Positions 52,616 to 64,000 of a stretch of 64,000 nucleotides of DNA are shown one piece after another. How positions within the stretch are numbered: position 1 is the stretch's first letter; each line of letters opens with the position of its first letter. A model generated the notes under the pieces. It was not told the DNA's origin. It searched no databases and saw only the letters and a program-made list of their open reading frames with translations. Made by a program: the position numbers and the translations under genes. Location: the NCBI RefSeq assembly GCF_037042905.1, contig NC_087246.1, positions 7,998,001 through 8,062,000 on the forward strand, written 5' to 3'. The stretch comes from Lytechinus pictus (lineage: Eukaryota).

Positions 52616-53558
52616 AACTAGATGACTTGTATAGTAATAGAAAACGCTACTAGCAAATGGTCATTGCTGGAGTAAAGCCTGGAGGATATATCCCCCTCAC
52701 ACTTTCCGGAGATGGGGGGGGGGTGGCATGTAAAATCACCCAGTGACGGATCCAGGTAGGGGCACATCCGACTCGTGCCTCCCTTTTGAGAGCCATAAAA
52801 AATATTTGTTAGTGAAAATGTCCTGTACGTATACCCGAGTGAAGACCCCTTTTTTAGTTGGTCACCATCAATCGGGAGTTAGGACTTTTTATTGAACCCA
52901 GGCCTGTGATGCAGCCGAAACAAGTTTGCAATGAAGTCATACGTACACTCATAAAATGTTGGTAAACAAATATTATATATTCTAGGCAATTATTATCCAA
53001 TTGAGCAAATTTATTATCCATGCAATAATTATTTTTTATTACCCAATTTGGGCAGATTTGTAACAATAGTTGTGTGGTCCGCATACTGCCTAAGGTTTGT
53101 TAAAAATTGGGCATTTCTTGCCCAACTATTTTAAGAGTGAAAGAATTTTCAGTAGTTGGAAGACAAAATGTTGTTCAAAAACGTCTTTCAAGGGTTATGG
53201 AAATATGGGAGAGAATTAACATGCTGAAAGCCTGCGGTGAGCGAGCGTAGTGATTGCCCGTTTCCTAGTGTTCTATTTTCTTTGTAGTGTGCATCATTTT
53301 ATGTTCTTTTATGGTGTAGGCCGACACTCTTTGTCTTAGTACTCTTTTCGCCATAAGTGACCGCTCAACTCTATACACAAATTTGAGGACATTAAATTAA
53401 CCCCCTGAAAATGACTAAATGAGTATATGTTTTACCAAAACCTATTAACATGGAGCTATTTTCCTGCGACCTAGAAGTGAACAAAATCTATTTTTTTTAA
53501 TGATTTCTTCCATTGGACCCCATCGAATTATTTGTTATATCTCATTCTCATTATGTAG

Positions 53559-54630
53559 GTCACGTAACGTAGCAACGCCTAAATTGACTTCAAACGATGG
53601 CTTTGTCATCATTGACCAACCAAACGAACAAGAAGAAAATCATCATATAAATGAACATACATCGGAACAAGCGAAATCACTCTCGATTTCGACATCCCCG
53701 ATGAATGACCAACGACCACAGGCCACGGGGGGCCAAAGTCCTACTTCATCATCGTCCCCATCACTCGACGAGTTTTGCCAGTCATTCGAGCAAGCAATGA
53801 CAATTGCCCAACATGCCGAACGTGCGAAGACCGAGGCTCGAACTGCAATCGACAGAGCCGAAACAGCCCGAAACCTTGCCGAACAGGCATGGGACCAGGC
53901 GATGTCCGCAGCCGAAGCCGCGCAGAGTATTGCACGATCTGGACTTGCAGTAGCCAAACTTTCTCTTGATGCCTGCAATCCAAGATCCAAGCCTAACCAC
54001 CAGACCGCCTCTCTTAAGACTGCATTCGATCTCTTTGCCAGTCAACGAGAACCTGTCATGGATTTTGAAAGATTTCAGGAAGCTCTTAGTTACGATGATG
54101 AAGCAGCACTTGACATTGTTGGCGAGTTTGAAGAAGGGGAGAGGGAGTATCCATGTGACATGTACAACTGTACTACTTGTCGCAATCGTCAAAAAGCACA
54201 GAGTTGGAGATTCTTCAAGGTTTCTCCTGATTTCTCATCTCCTCCTAAAGACACATCAACAAGTCGATCGCCAGGGCCTTGCCTCAATCACACTCCAAAG
54301 GCCAACACTGGAATAGCCGGATCGACAAAGGAGAGAGGCCACACTGGTCGGAAGCTTACTGGGGTCCCGAAGTGTTTCGAGAAATACTCGTCACCCCTTG
54401 GTCAATTCTCGGCAATATCCCCCCGAATTCCGAAGACGGTCACCCAGCGTCCGGTCAGTGAGCAAGGGAAAGTTTGTGGCATCAGCCTTCTATCAACCAA
54501 TCAGATCGGAGAAAAGTTCTTGCAGTCAAACCCTGGACCGATGCCAGCACGCCAGTCAGCATCAGATGAACTTGAGTATCTCACATTCTGGCCTACCAAT
54601 GATAGTTCCCAGTTGGAAGATCCTTTTTAT
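53559..54630 (+). CDS. Uncharacterised protein, large exon 2
   Basis: Core of the 442-aa ORF, with coding-like composition between acceptor TTATGTAG| and donor TAT|GTAAGT. Contains an Ala-rich predicted coiled coil, an acidic patch and CDMYNCTTC. Confidence 0.8.
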
Positions 54631-55487
54631 GTAAGTTTATTGGATTACATTGTTTATTTACTGATTAGTCAAATTCAGTCAGCCAATCAGTCATACATGT
54701 ATAACCTATTTTCGGATGTATTATCTAACCATTTTATTTATTGCTTTATTGTACTCATAGATCTATCAATTGTTTATTTGTTTGTTCATTTATTTATCAG
54801 TTCACCCATTTGTTTATTCGTAAGTTAATTCATGAATGTTATCAACAAGTTGTTTTGACAAATTATATACTCAAGCCTGACAAGAAGCGTACGATGAAAC
54901 GGTATCGCTCAGATACAATCGCAAACAAACATGTTTCGATTGCATTTACATTCATGACACCAATTGTCATATTCAGAAATAATTCAACAAATTATGGGGG
55001 TTTGATATCAGAAACATTGATATCCGTTAAGTGAACATGGCAAATGCTCTTTAAAAATGAAAAGGAAACACATCACCGGAATATTTTACCTTTGGTGTTA
55101 ATATCACCAGTAAAAGTAGATTTCATACCCAAATAAATTGAATTCAAGATACTTTATAGTCGAAAAAAGTGTTGTAATTAGTTAAATAAGAGGAGCCAGT
55201 ACAGTACAGTATTATAGAATATATCTTTATATTCCCAAACTTGTTTTGTTTAATTTTACATGGAGATGCTTTATCATTCTGTTTGAATAACACCAAGTTT
55301 TTATTCTGATTTTTGTATCATTCAACTGGGAAATAATGATCAATTAATGGTTGCATTTTGGTTTTAAATGGTAGAAATATGGTGTTAATATTTATGTGCG
55401 ATACGTGTCTATAATACTAGTTAATTTCATGCCCGTCGTTAAATTTCTTATATATCTGCATTATATTTCTCATTTGGTTTCATTCAG

Positions 55488-55784
55488 TCTGACGAAGGAG
55501 CAAGCAGCGATGATAGCTCTCAGTCTGCACCCGTCTTCCTTGGTGTTCGGACCCGTAGAGCCGAGAGCTGTGAAGAAGGTCTACTGAACTCACCCTTGAA
55601 ACCACGACAGCTCCAGCGGCTAAGTGACATGGAGCCTACAGAGGAAATAGCTAGAGCTAGGTTTCACCAAGTCACTGCCGCTAGAAGGAGCCAGAGTTGC
55701 TCTAGTGAACCTGGAGCCGACCAGGCTAAACGACCCTGCTCTCCGCTTGTTCTCCCTGAAGTTGACAGTGGCACCAATGTACAG
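55488..55784 (+). CDS. Uncharacterised protein, exon 3 (297 bp, phase 0-0)
   Basis: Acceptor TTTCATTCAG|, open frame SDEGASSDD...DSGTNVQ, donor CAG|GTCAGT. Confidence 0.7.
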
Positions 55785-55829
55785 GTCAGTAACAAAGCCA
55801 GTAAAGTCTTCTGCTTTATACTCAGTTTC

Positions 55830-55960
55830 GTCATCATCGATCACCACCACCACCACTGTCATCATGCACCATCACCCTTACGGCCAATCATTATCACCAT
55901 CATCACCAACACCAACATGACCATCGTCATCATCACCATCTTCATCATTATCATCATCAT
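55830..55960. repeat. Imperfect (CAT/CAC)n microsatellite
   Basis: Directly visible. Confidence 0.85.
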
Positions 55961-56845
55961 CCGGGGACGGATTCAGCTAACAGATGATTTTTTTTTTCAG
56001 TGGGGGTAGTCCTAACTGTATCATGTAACAGAAATAAACAATGCGAGAGCGAAGCGCAAGCTGAATTTTTAATATACTTACCTGAAAACTGGACATAAAT
56101 TATAAGGACCTTTTACCTATGAACAGGATGTGTATGTATGTTTTTTTTTCACTTGAAAACTGCCATTCTATGCACTGTTTATAATCATGAACAGGATAGG
56201 TATCTAGCAAAGCGCGAGATGAAAATTGTTGATATACTTGATAACTGGGATCTAAGCATGTGTTTAGTTATAAATTAGGAAGTATGAGAGCGCGAAGCGC
56301 GAGCTGAGATTTTTGTCGATCTATACATAAAAACGGGGCATTCTAAGCCTTTTTATTTTGTAATCATTAACAGGATGGGTCATGGGTGTCTTATCAAAAC
56401 ATTGATACTAGCGCGGAGTGTGAGCAGACAAGTTTTGATATGCCGACCAGAAAACCTTGACAGTTTAAGCATGTTTTAAATAAAGAATTAGGCTAAATGT
56501 AAAACAAAATGTAGAGAACTTTATCGCAAGCAGAATTGTGCTTATTGACTTGACCAACTGGAAATCTTTAGCCTCATTTTATTTTTTTGAGCAAAATTAT
56601 TTTCTCACTCATATTGCCAGCGCGAAGCGCGAGGGATATATTTTGTTTTATAATATAAATTTATATAATGGCGTGAAAGTTTGTCTTTGTCCCAATTTTT
56701 TTGCTCCCCTATTCCATTCACTTTTCTTCCTCCTCTTCTTTTCTTTTCTCTCCTTTATTTTAATTTTCTTTCTTCTTCTCTTTTTTGTTGTGCTGCCAAT
56801 AAGGGGGGGGGGGGGGGGTTCGGCACCCATAGATTCGCTTTTGGT
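55961..56845. repeat. Degenerate hAT-like element with periodic GCGCGAAGCGCGAG motifs
   Basis: Motifs at about 56048, 56288, 56410 and 56619; G-run and GATTCGC-like ends. Confidence 0.55.
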
Positions 56846-58259
56846 TATGATGGTGATGATGTTCGTTAGCCTATTATTCAATTTTATTTATTCCATAAAC
56901 ATTTCTTAATCATTATCGGTTCATCGTCATGATTGAAGATTTCAGTGATAAACATTTGACTTTTCCGTCATCGCTAAAATACGATTGGTTGAAGTTCCCT
57001 CCACAAGTTTTTTGTTGTTGTTATTTATCGCTCTAAAATCATTGATGTCAAATAATTCACATAAAATGCGTCAGTATTTCCCCTAGCGTTGAGAGGTTGT
57101 ACGCACGTACACGAAGGTTTCTCTTTAATGAGCTTCTGGTGACGTCTTCAAAAGCATTCTCTCCGAGATATTTTTAGACTAGAAATGTATTAATACATTA
57201 AATCATTGATTCTCGCCGCCTGTTTATAAAAACTTCCCTATAGTATTTTCTGCATTCCCATTATTTGTTGTTACTCTCCATTACCAATCAATCCTATACA
57301 GTTTACGTTTTCTTTATTTCAAGTATTTTTGTACGTATACGTATACTTTCCTTCCTCTGTTTGTCCCGCTAAATATTGATTCATTTTTGTAATTTCCGTC
57401 ATCTTTCCCTATTTCATCATGTTTTACAAGCATTTTATTACTTCCCCTTAACCAAACCATTTCAATTTTTAAACGCATATACCAGTATTGTGGAGATAGA
57501 ATTGTGGTGAATTGACTAGCAAATTGTAATGGTTTGATAATTAACTGAAAAAAATGCAGGAATCCTTAGATTGTTTTAGTCAATGATAAAAAGCCCAAAT
57601 AATTTGATTCTTTCACATTTCAGTGAGAGAAATTCAGTTACAATAGTTTTCCGATAATGACATGAAAACTGAGCAAGTTTTCAATAGTTTTGATATAGAT
57701 TTTTAAATGTGATTTCTATTGGTACACAAACACTTATTGTATTTAACAACATTGGATCTTAGAAAATTAGGAATATCAACGGAGAGAGAAGAGCAATGAC
57801 CAGACAGAAGTAAACCTGAAATCATTCATTTAATTGGATTTATTTATTCTTGTTTTTTTTAATATGAGAAGATCACTCTTTACTGTGAAAAAGGACTCGA
57901 CCAATCAGTTGATGAATTACTGTAAAAATTGACATGTAAAAATTAGCCAAATTATTGGTTAGAATCTGCTAATCTAGAATCCATTTTGGTTGATTTTGGC
58001 CATTGTTTGTGGTTGGACACCAACTTTTAAGTTTGTTTCAGTACAAAAAAGGGGGGCGTCCATGCACAAGAGAGAAGTCAGAGGATTGCAAATTGTCGAA
58101 ATGGTACAGTTGAATATAGTTACAAATAAGAGAGAAAGTCTCTAACATAAGTTTTGGAATTTAAATGTGCTTGCACGAGTGGGCGATACTCCAATAATTT
58201 CTTGCCACACGGTTGTCTATTTTTAACGTCATGATTATATTTATTTGTTAATCTCGCAG

Positions 58260-58373
58260 ATTCTGCCGAACAACATTCAAGTTTTCACGCCACCCCCGTC
58301 TAAATCTACCACGCCCCCTACTAGTCGTCATGGACACATGGCGTCATCCACCAAAGCTTACCTTTCTGACTAA
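58260..58373 (+). CDS. Uncharacterised protein, terminal coding exon
   Basis: Acceptor ATCTCGCAG|, phase 0, ILPNNIQVFTPPPSKSTTPPTSRHGHMASSTKAYLSD*. AATAAA hexamers lie downstream (about 59035 and 59593). Confidence 0.6.
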   Translation: MLPNNIQVFTPPPSKSTTPPTSRHGHMASSTKAYLSD

Positions 58374-61300
58374 CAACACATGGCATGGATAAGGAGAACT
58401 CAATATTCTTGGAAAGGGAACCGCCTTTAGTTTAGGGATGTCATACATCGATATTAAAGAATAATACAATTTGATAAATATCATGGAAAAGGTGAAAAAA
58501 GAGGGGCAGAAAAATACTTTCTTTTCGAAAAAAAGCCCAATACATTGTAAATATTTGTATATATTAGAAGTCTTATCACTTTTCCAGATACAAATCAGCT
58601 TAATTGAAACGTACCTTGTAGAAGCCACTCAAAATATTTTGTTTAATATTGTTAAGATGAAATTAACCTCCAGAAAAGTGTAGATAATAACTAATGACGT
58701 ATGTCATTGAAGTGAAGATGAAAAACGTTCAAGTGTATGTATAAAGAATTGAAGTTTGCAAGTTTTACTGATTTTTTAAAGAATTATTTTATTGCGTATT
58801 TCGTGTTGGCATTGCCTTTGAATTTTTGAGTCGTGCATGTGTAGACGTGATTCTCTCTAAATCTGGCCTCTAAAAATGATGGAAAACTGAAAATCTGAGT
58901 ATTTTGTCTTTCAATTCTAGAAGTAACCAGATCGAAGAAAAGGATGGGATTTGCTTTCTTAATGTTTTTCATATGATCTTGGAAAATATGCTGTACCCTG
59001 TATATCTATGTAGACATGTAAATGTATCGAGACAATAAATCCTCGAGATGCAAAGAAAACTAAATAATCATTTTGAAAGCGATATAGTATGTAACCTTCA
59101 TGTATTGTAACATTGATCACAAAAGCAATTCTTCAAAACGGTGATAACATGACATATCTCAATCCAGTGAGCAGTATATCATACCGTCTTTGGATATGAT
59201 TTAAAAACAAACTCATGATAACATTCTTCAATTTACACGCTTTTATCAGGTTCGTTAAAATTTTAGAAAGAAAAGGAGATAAGTACCCTCTCGTCATATG
59301 GTCAACATCCTCTTTAACTCTCATGACCAGGTGTCTGACCCGTGATTGCAATGGCATCATTTCAATATCTTCAGTCGCAAGTATAAAAACTTTTTTACTG
59401 AAGAAAAAAAGGAAAATGAAGGGAGAAAGAGAAACTGTGAAGGGGAACATAAAATCTAGTAAGGAAATGAGGCAAGAAGGCCGCGCGTAGATAGATAGAA
59501 GGGGGAAATGGATAGAGAAGAAGGAGCAGGCAAAAAGGGAGGATGAGAGATGTATATTATGATACTACGTTTTTTATGTATTCATAAAAGTGAATAAAAA
59601 ATAATTCCTATCAGTAATGAAGAACTATTCCATGGTCTACATTTTTTGGAACAGAAAACGAAAAATTAAATCATTTAATAATCATATTGAACAAAAAGTG
59701 GATTTGTAAGATAAATAGCCCACCGCACTTGTTCGGAATCAACAGGAACTAAGCAAAAATCAACTGGAATGTGAAATAAATCGGGAAAATTCAAGGAGAA
59801 TTTCGAATTCACCCAACTGCATTTCAAGATCGGTAAATTGACCAGGCCTAAGGTCACTCAGCACACACTAGTAACACGAGAGACAAAATGAGCCACAATG
59901 GAGTCAGATTGAAAATTAATTCTACATTATTAGATATTCGAGGGGCATTCTAAAAATTCTGTGTGTTTCTGAGTGTATTTAAAATAATAGGACAAATTCT
60001 TGAGGTTGTACAGTTTTTGAAACTTTCAAGGTACATTCTTACTGCATTCTTAGTATTATTACACCAATCCAGCAGCATTCAAAAACATATACATGTATAT
60101 TGAAGGAATTGCGCTGAATAACGAGGGGGAGGGGGACATGACCTGCTGAGGTTCTCATAACAGTCATTCCATTCCGGCCATTTTTCTTGATTATGAAGAA
60201 GTATGGGGGCTTTAGCACCCAACTCATTAGGACACACTCTCAATCACTGCCGGGGGGGGGGGGGGGGGGTGAACTTCAAAATGTGGCAACTTTGTAATTT
60301 TTTTACAAATATTGATGGGATGTCAGTTCTGCCTGTATACTTTATTTTTAATCCATCCCACTCCATTCAGTAAAATCAAGTAAATTTCAAAAATGAGTAT
60401 AAAGGTAATAGACATATATAGATAAGAGCAAAGAGGGATACAAGTTAAATAAATATAAGAAAAATAGAAGGAAAATGCCCTCTAGTACTCAGAGGTTTTC
60501 TCTATGGCCAAATATATAATGCAAAAGTAGAAGTGCTTAATTTTGTCCAAAGATTGGCATCCATAGGTAAGAGATTACCAGTAAACACAAAGAATTAAAA
60601 GATCATATATAATCAATGAAAGATTGTGAGAACATAAAAGAAACACAACAAACTTAAATATGCAATGTTTAAGATGCTTCCTTGCATTTATTGCAATTTT
60701 TGAGATATTCACGATTTATAAGAATGGTGCACTTGTCTCAAAAGACACATAATTCAGTAAAAACACTACAAATATATATATATATAAAATATTAATTTTC
60801 ATAGAGAATCTATACTCTGAGATAATTGCCCAATGTACACAGATCATGAAATACATTTGTGGCTGCCTCTATATAACAACATTACTTCCACTTCTCACTT
60901 TTACAAAACAGTTTAAAATACAAGATTTAAAATAATTTATCACACTAATATTGCATAGAAAACAATTCACATGAGGGATATTCCACTTCAAAGTGATTGT
61001 CACTATTTTCACGTTATTTTAGAAACAAAACCAATATTGAATCAATGATTTCTCAACTTGCAAGAAGAGTGGCTGTGACGTGTAAATGGTGATAAAGAAT
61101 GAACAGACAGATTCTGATATAAAGCCACAGTTTAATACATTACTTGTGCAGATGTAGAGTATTTCAATTCATCAAAAGTTAATTTATTTTAATAATAGTA
61201 CAATTATACCCATGCATTCTTCTTTTCATATACAGTATAGCCAGAATAACGAATAATGATAATCATATCGAAATAGATTGAAAATTGACAAAAGTCAATA

Positions 61301-62536
61301 ATACCAAAAGTATGTTTTCTCTAAAAGTAGAACTGATTAACTTCTATATAAAATATACTGCAACATGGTATCATGCTCACAGGAGCACACAATGAAAGCA
61401 AATTTGACACTTTTCTCAAGTCACAGGAGACATCAAACACGGAAATCGGCATCTCTTTCTTTATTCAAAATTAATTTTGTTTTTACTCAATCATGGCATG
61501 AGGATGACATCTTGTAGTTTACAGGATAATTGCGAGCATTATCTATGCCTGTAACACCAAGGAGGATTAAAATGAGATGGAGTAACAGCAAACAAAATCC
61601 CTTTGAACAAGGTTTAAACCACCAGCAGAATGTCAGGCATGCAGTTTGCTTGACATTCCTTGCAAATGTGTCTACAAAAGATTCCTGCATGACTCCACAG
61701 CTATAGGTCATATATAAAGGGAATTATGCTGATGTGATGATAATTGCTTTTTCAATGCAACTTGTCTGGTTATATGTGCAGTACATAATTCAGAGAATGT
61801 GAAAAGAAATTCTGCAATATCCTAAAATATTACTTAAATTTACTTGACTGGGCATGTGCGAGCACTCATCTGACATGTACAATAATGAACACTACCACAT
61901 TTTTAATTCTAATTTGCTGCAAACGATTGGAAAAGTGTCAAAATCTGGTTTCAGTAAAGGTCAAATTCTTACTTTGTTCACTAATTAAAGGTGACTTGAT
62001 ACAATCTGGCCAAATTTCTCAGTGTAATATTGCTTAGGTATTGATGTTTTGTCATATGTTCAAATTCCAGTTTGTTAATTGAAATAGAAGATGGAATATC
62101 AATACAAATGAATATTTGCAAATAATCACTCCTCTGATTTCCCCATGAAACTAGTGGCTTTGAACGGCGGACATCAAAAAGGTACTTACTGCCATGTGCT
62201 TCTTTAGAAATGAACAGCTGCGTGCATAAATTTGTTGCCAGTTGGTACTCTACTCATAGAAACTTCTTGGTAACATGAAGCTTAGCATTGCACTGAAGAG
62301 ATGATTTTTAGGATTGATTACAAGTGCAATCAAGCATAGTGTGATATCTGCCCCTGATGTAACTGTTTAAATTAGATTTTGCAGCTTCATATTTAGGAGG
62401 GTTAAATAATTGCAAGTGAAACATCAAACTGAATGTTTGAATGAAGTAGTAAATGGCAGAGAAGAGAGGAGAAAGGAACTGAAAGGGGTCACCTGAATCA
62501 TAGTGAAAAACATCTTCTCGCTTAGTGCTTACTATT

Positions 62537-63087
62537 CCCGGGGGGGCCACTTACATTGACGAGTGGATACCATGCGCGACCAAAAAAACACTTAAAAAGG
62601 ATGTCTTTTTCACGATAGGGCACGTTACGTACGTAACGTGATAAGGGTGTCAAAAACACAAAAATATTGAAAAAAGGGTATCTATTTCGCTAGGAAAGCT
62701 ACGTGTTTAGGGTCGAATTTGCGGGGATGATAACACAAAATTAAAATGTTTCATAAAGGATGTCCTTTTTGCCCCAACACTTCGTGTTTAGAGTCCAATT
62801 TTCGCGAGATGTAGAAGATGGGGTCCTACTAAACCAAATTAGGTAAAGCCGACGACCGAAGGACCCGTAACAATAAAACATTCCTGTACTTGTTTAGGGG
62901 TTCATTTCAGGGAATATTTGCCAAGAGTATCGTTTTGTTTCCAATACTTGTTAAGGGTAGGGTTTCACACGCCAATACTTGTTAAGGGGTGCATTTTCAG
63001 AATATGGAAATTACGTGTTTAGGGTGCTTTTCGAGACCCCATGGTCGCGCTTGGTATCCACTCGTGAATGGAACTGGCCCCCCCGGG
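62537..63087. mobile_element. Non-autonomous DNA transposon with CCCGGGGG termini
   Basis: TIR CCCGGGGGGGCCA...ACGAGTGGATACCATGCGCGACCA and its inverse; perfect 8-bp TSD TTACTATT. Confidence 0.9.
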
Positions 63088-63137
63088 TTACTATTTTGAC
63101 TGACCTTAGATACAAGAAGTAAATGAAATATAAATAT

Positions 63138-63615
63138 AGGTGGTTTCAAACCGCCTCGATCACAAGAATCCCCGTTAAATTACGAGAACTTTTTTAGGCT
63201 GAAAAATACCCATTAATTATTCCTGCATTCACACCGCCCTGAAACATACCCTTCGGGATAAGTTCCTGAAGTTACGAGCATGCGCAGTATGGTCTGATAA
63301 GCAGCAAGGCGCGAAATTCAAAATCACTAGCCCAGCAGCAACCCATGCACGGCGCCGCACCCAACAACACGCTGGGCTAAAAGTTCCCGTAATTTGCTTT
63401 CAGACCGCCAAAATACCCACGACCTTGGAAAAATCCCCGCGAAAGTTCTCGTAATTTCGCCAAGTACCTACTATTTATCGGGTATTTTCTTTCGGGGATA
63501 TTACGCGTAGTTTGCTTTCACACCGCCAAAATACCTGGTATTTTCTGATCGGGGTAAATTTCCCGATCAGAGAATACCTGGAACTGGCGAACTTCGAGGC
63601 GGTCTGAAACCACCT
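63138..63615. mobile_element. PIF/Harbinger-like MITE
   Basis: TIR AGGTGGTTTCAAACCGCCTCGA / TCGAGGCGGTCTGAAACCACCT; 3-bp TSD TAT. Confidence 0.85.
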
Positions 63616-64000
63616 TATGTGCGTAATAATCATAAGAATAATGGTGTAAATTCAGAATATTTTGGGGCATCACACACAGTTGACATGTCACCATTAAGAA
63701 TTCAAAATGAAAATTGATGTATTAAAGGGTTAAACTAAAAGTTGATTTAAGGTATCACTTAATGCATACCAATGCTATAAAGGAATACTAACAATATAAA
63801 AATAGATTTGACTCTTGGAAATAGTAATTGGTTAAAATCACCATGAGTTCATGGCAAGCATAACAATTTCTCACAATCAAACATAAAAAATTATATTGTG
63901 TAAGAATTAATAATTACTAACCTAATACCAAACAACTTTATTTTAATATTGATGCTGGCAAGCACTATCAAAATGATTTTCAAATTATTATTGTAACATT

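Noticed and set aside
52946-53139. Possible CAC...GTG-ended MITE
   Set aside because: Short imperfect TIR and no matching TSD.
53790-54250. Resemblance of the Ala-rich helix to the junctophilin helical region
   Set aside because: No MORN repeats or C-terminal transmembrane segment in the spliced model; the similarity is compositional.
54631-54828. Hydrophobic C-terminal tail of the 442-aa ORF as a transmembrane region
   Set aside because: It lies after a strong GTAAGT donor in T-rich intronic sequence.
60300-62500. Possible 3' UTR of a convergent minus-strand gene
   Set aside because: No coding exon is identifiable in the window.

Overview
AT-rich animal genomic DNA, not prokaryotic. The repeat types and gene structure suggest an echinoderm, probably a sea urchin (inference). 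The left 44.5 kb holds the first three coding exons of a nemo-like kinase (NLK) gene on the minus strand. Intron 1 is about 35 kb, intron 2 about 7.9 kb, and intron 3 begins with a U12 (minor spliceosome) donor; the gene continues off the left edge. Head-to-head with NLK, a four-exon plus-strand gene can be spliced in phase into a roughly 523-aa protein I do not recognise. The introns and intergenic DNA are dense in non-autonomous DNA transposons with readable TIRs and TSDs (Harbinger-, Kolobok-, piggyBac- and hAT-like), 3' LINE fragments, and a 4.5-kb decayed Academ-like element whose arms carry many palindromic octamer sites. The most unusual item is a tandem pair of minimal variant hammerhead-ribozyme motifs inside a Penelope-like inverted-repeat relic just upstream of NLK.
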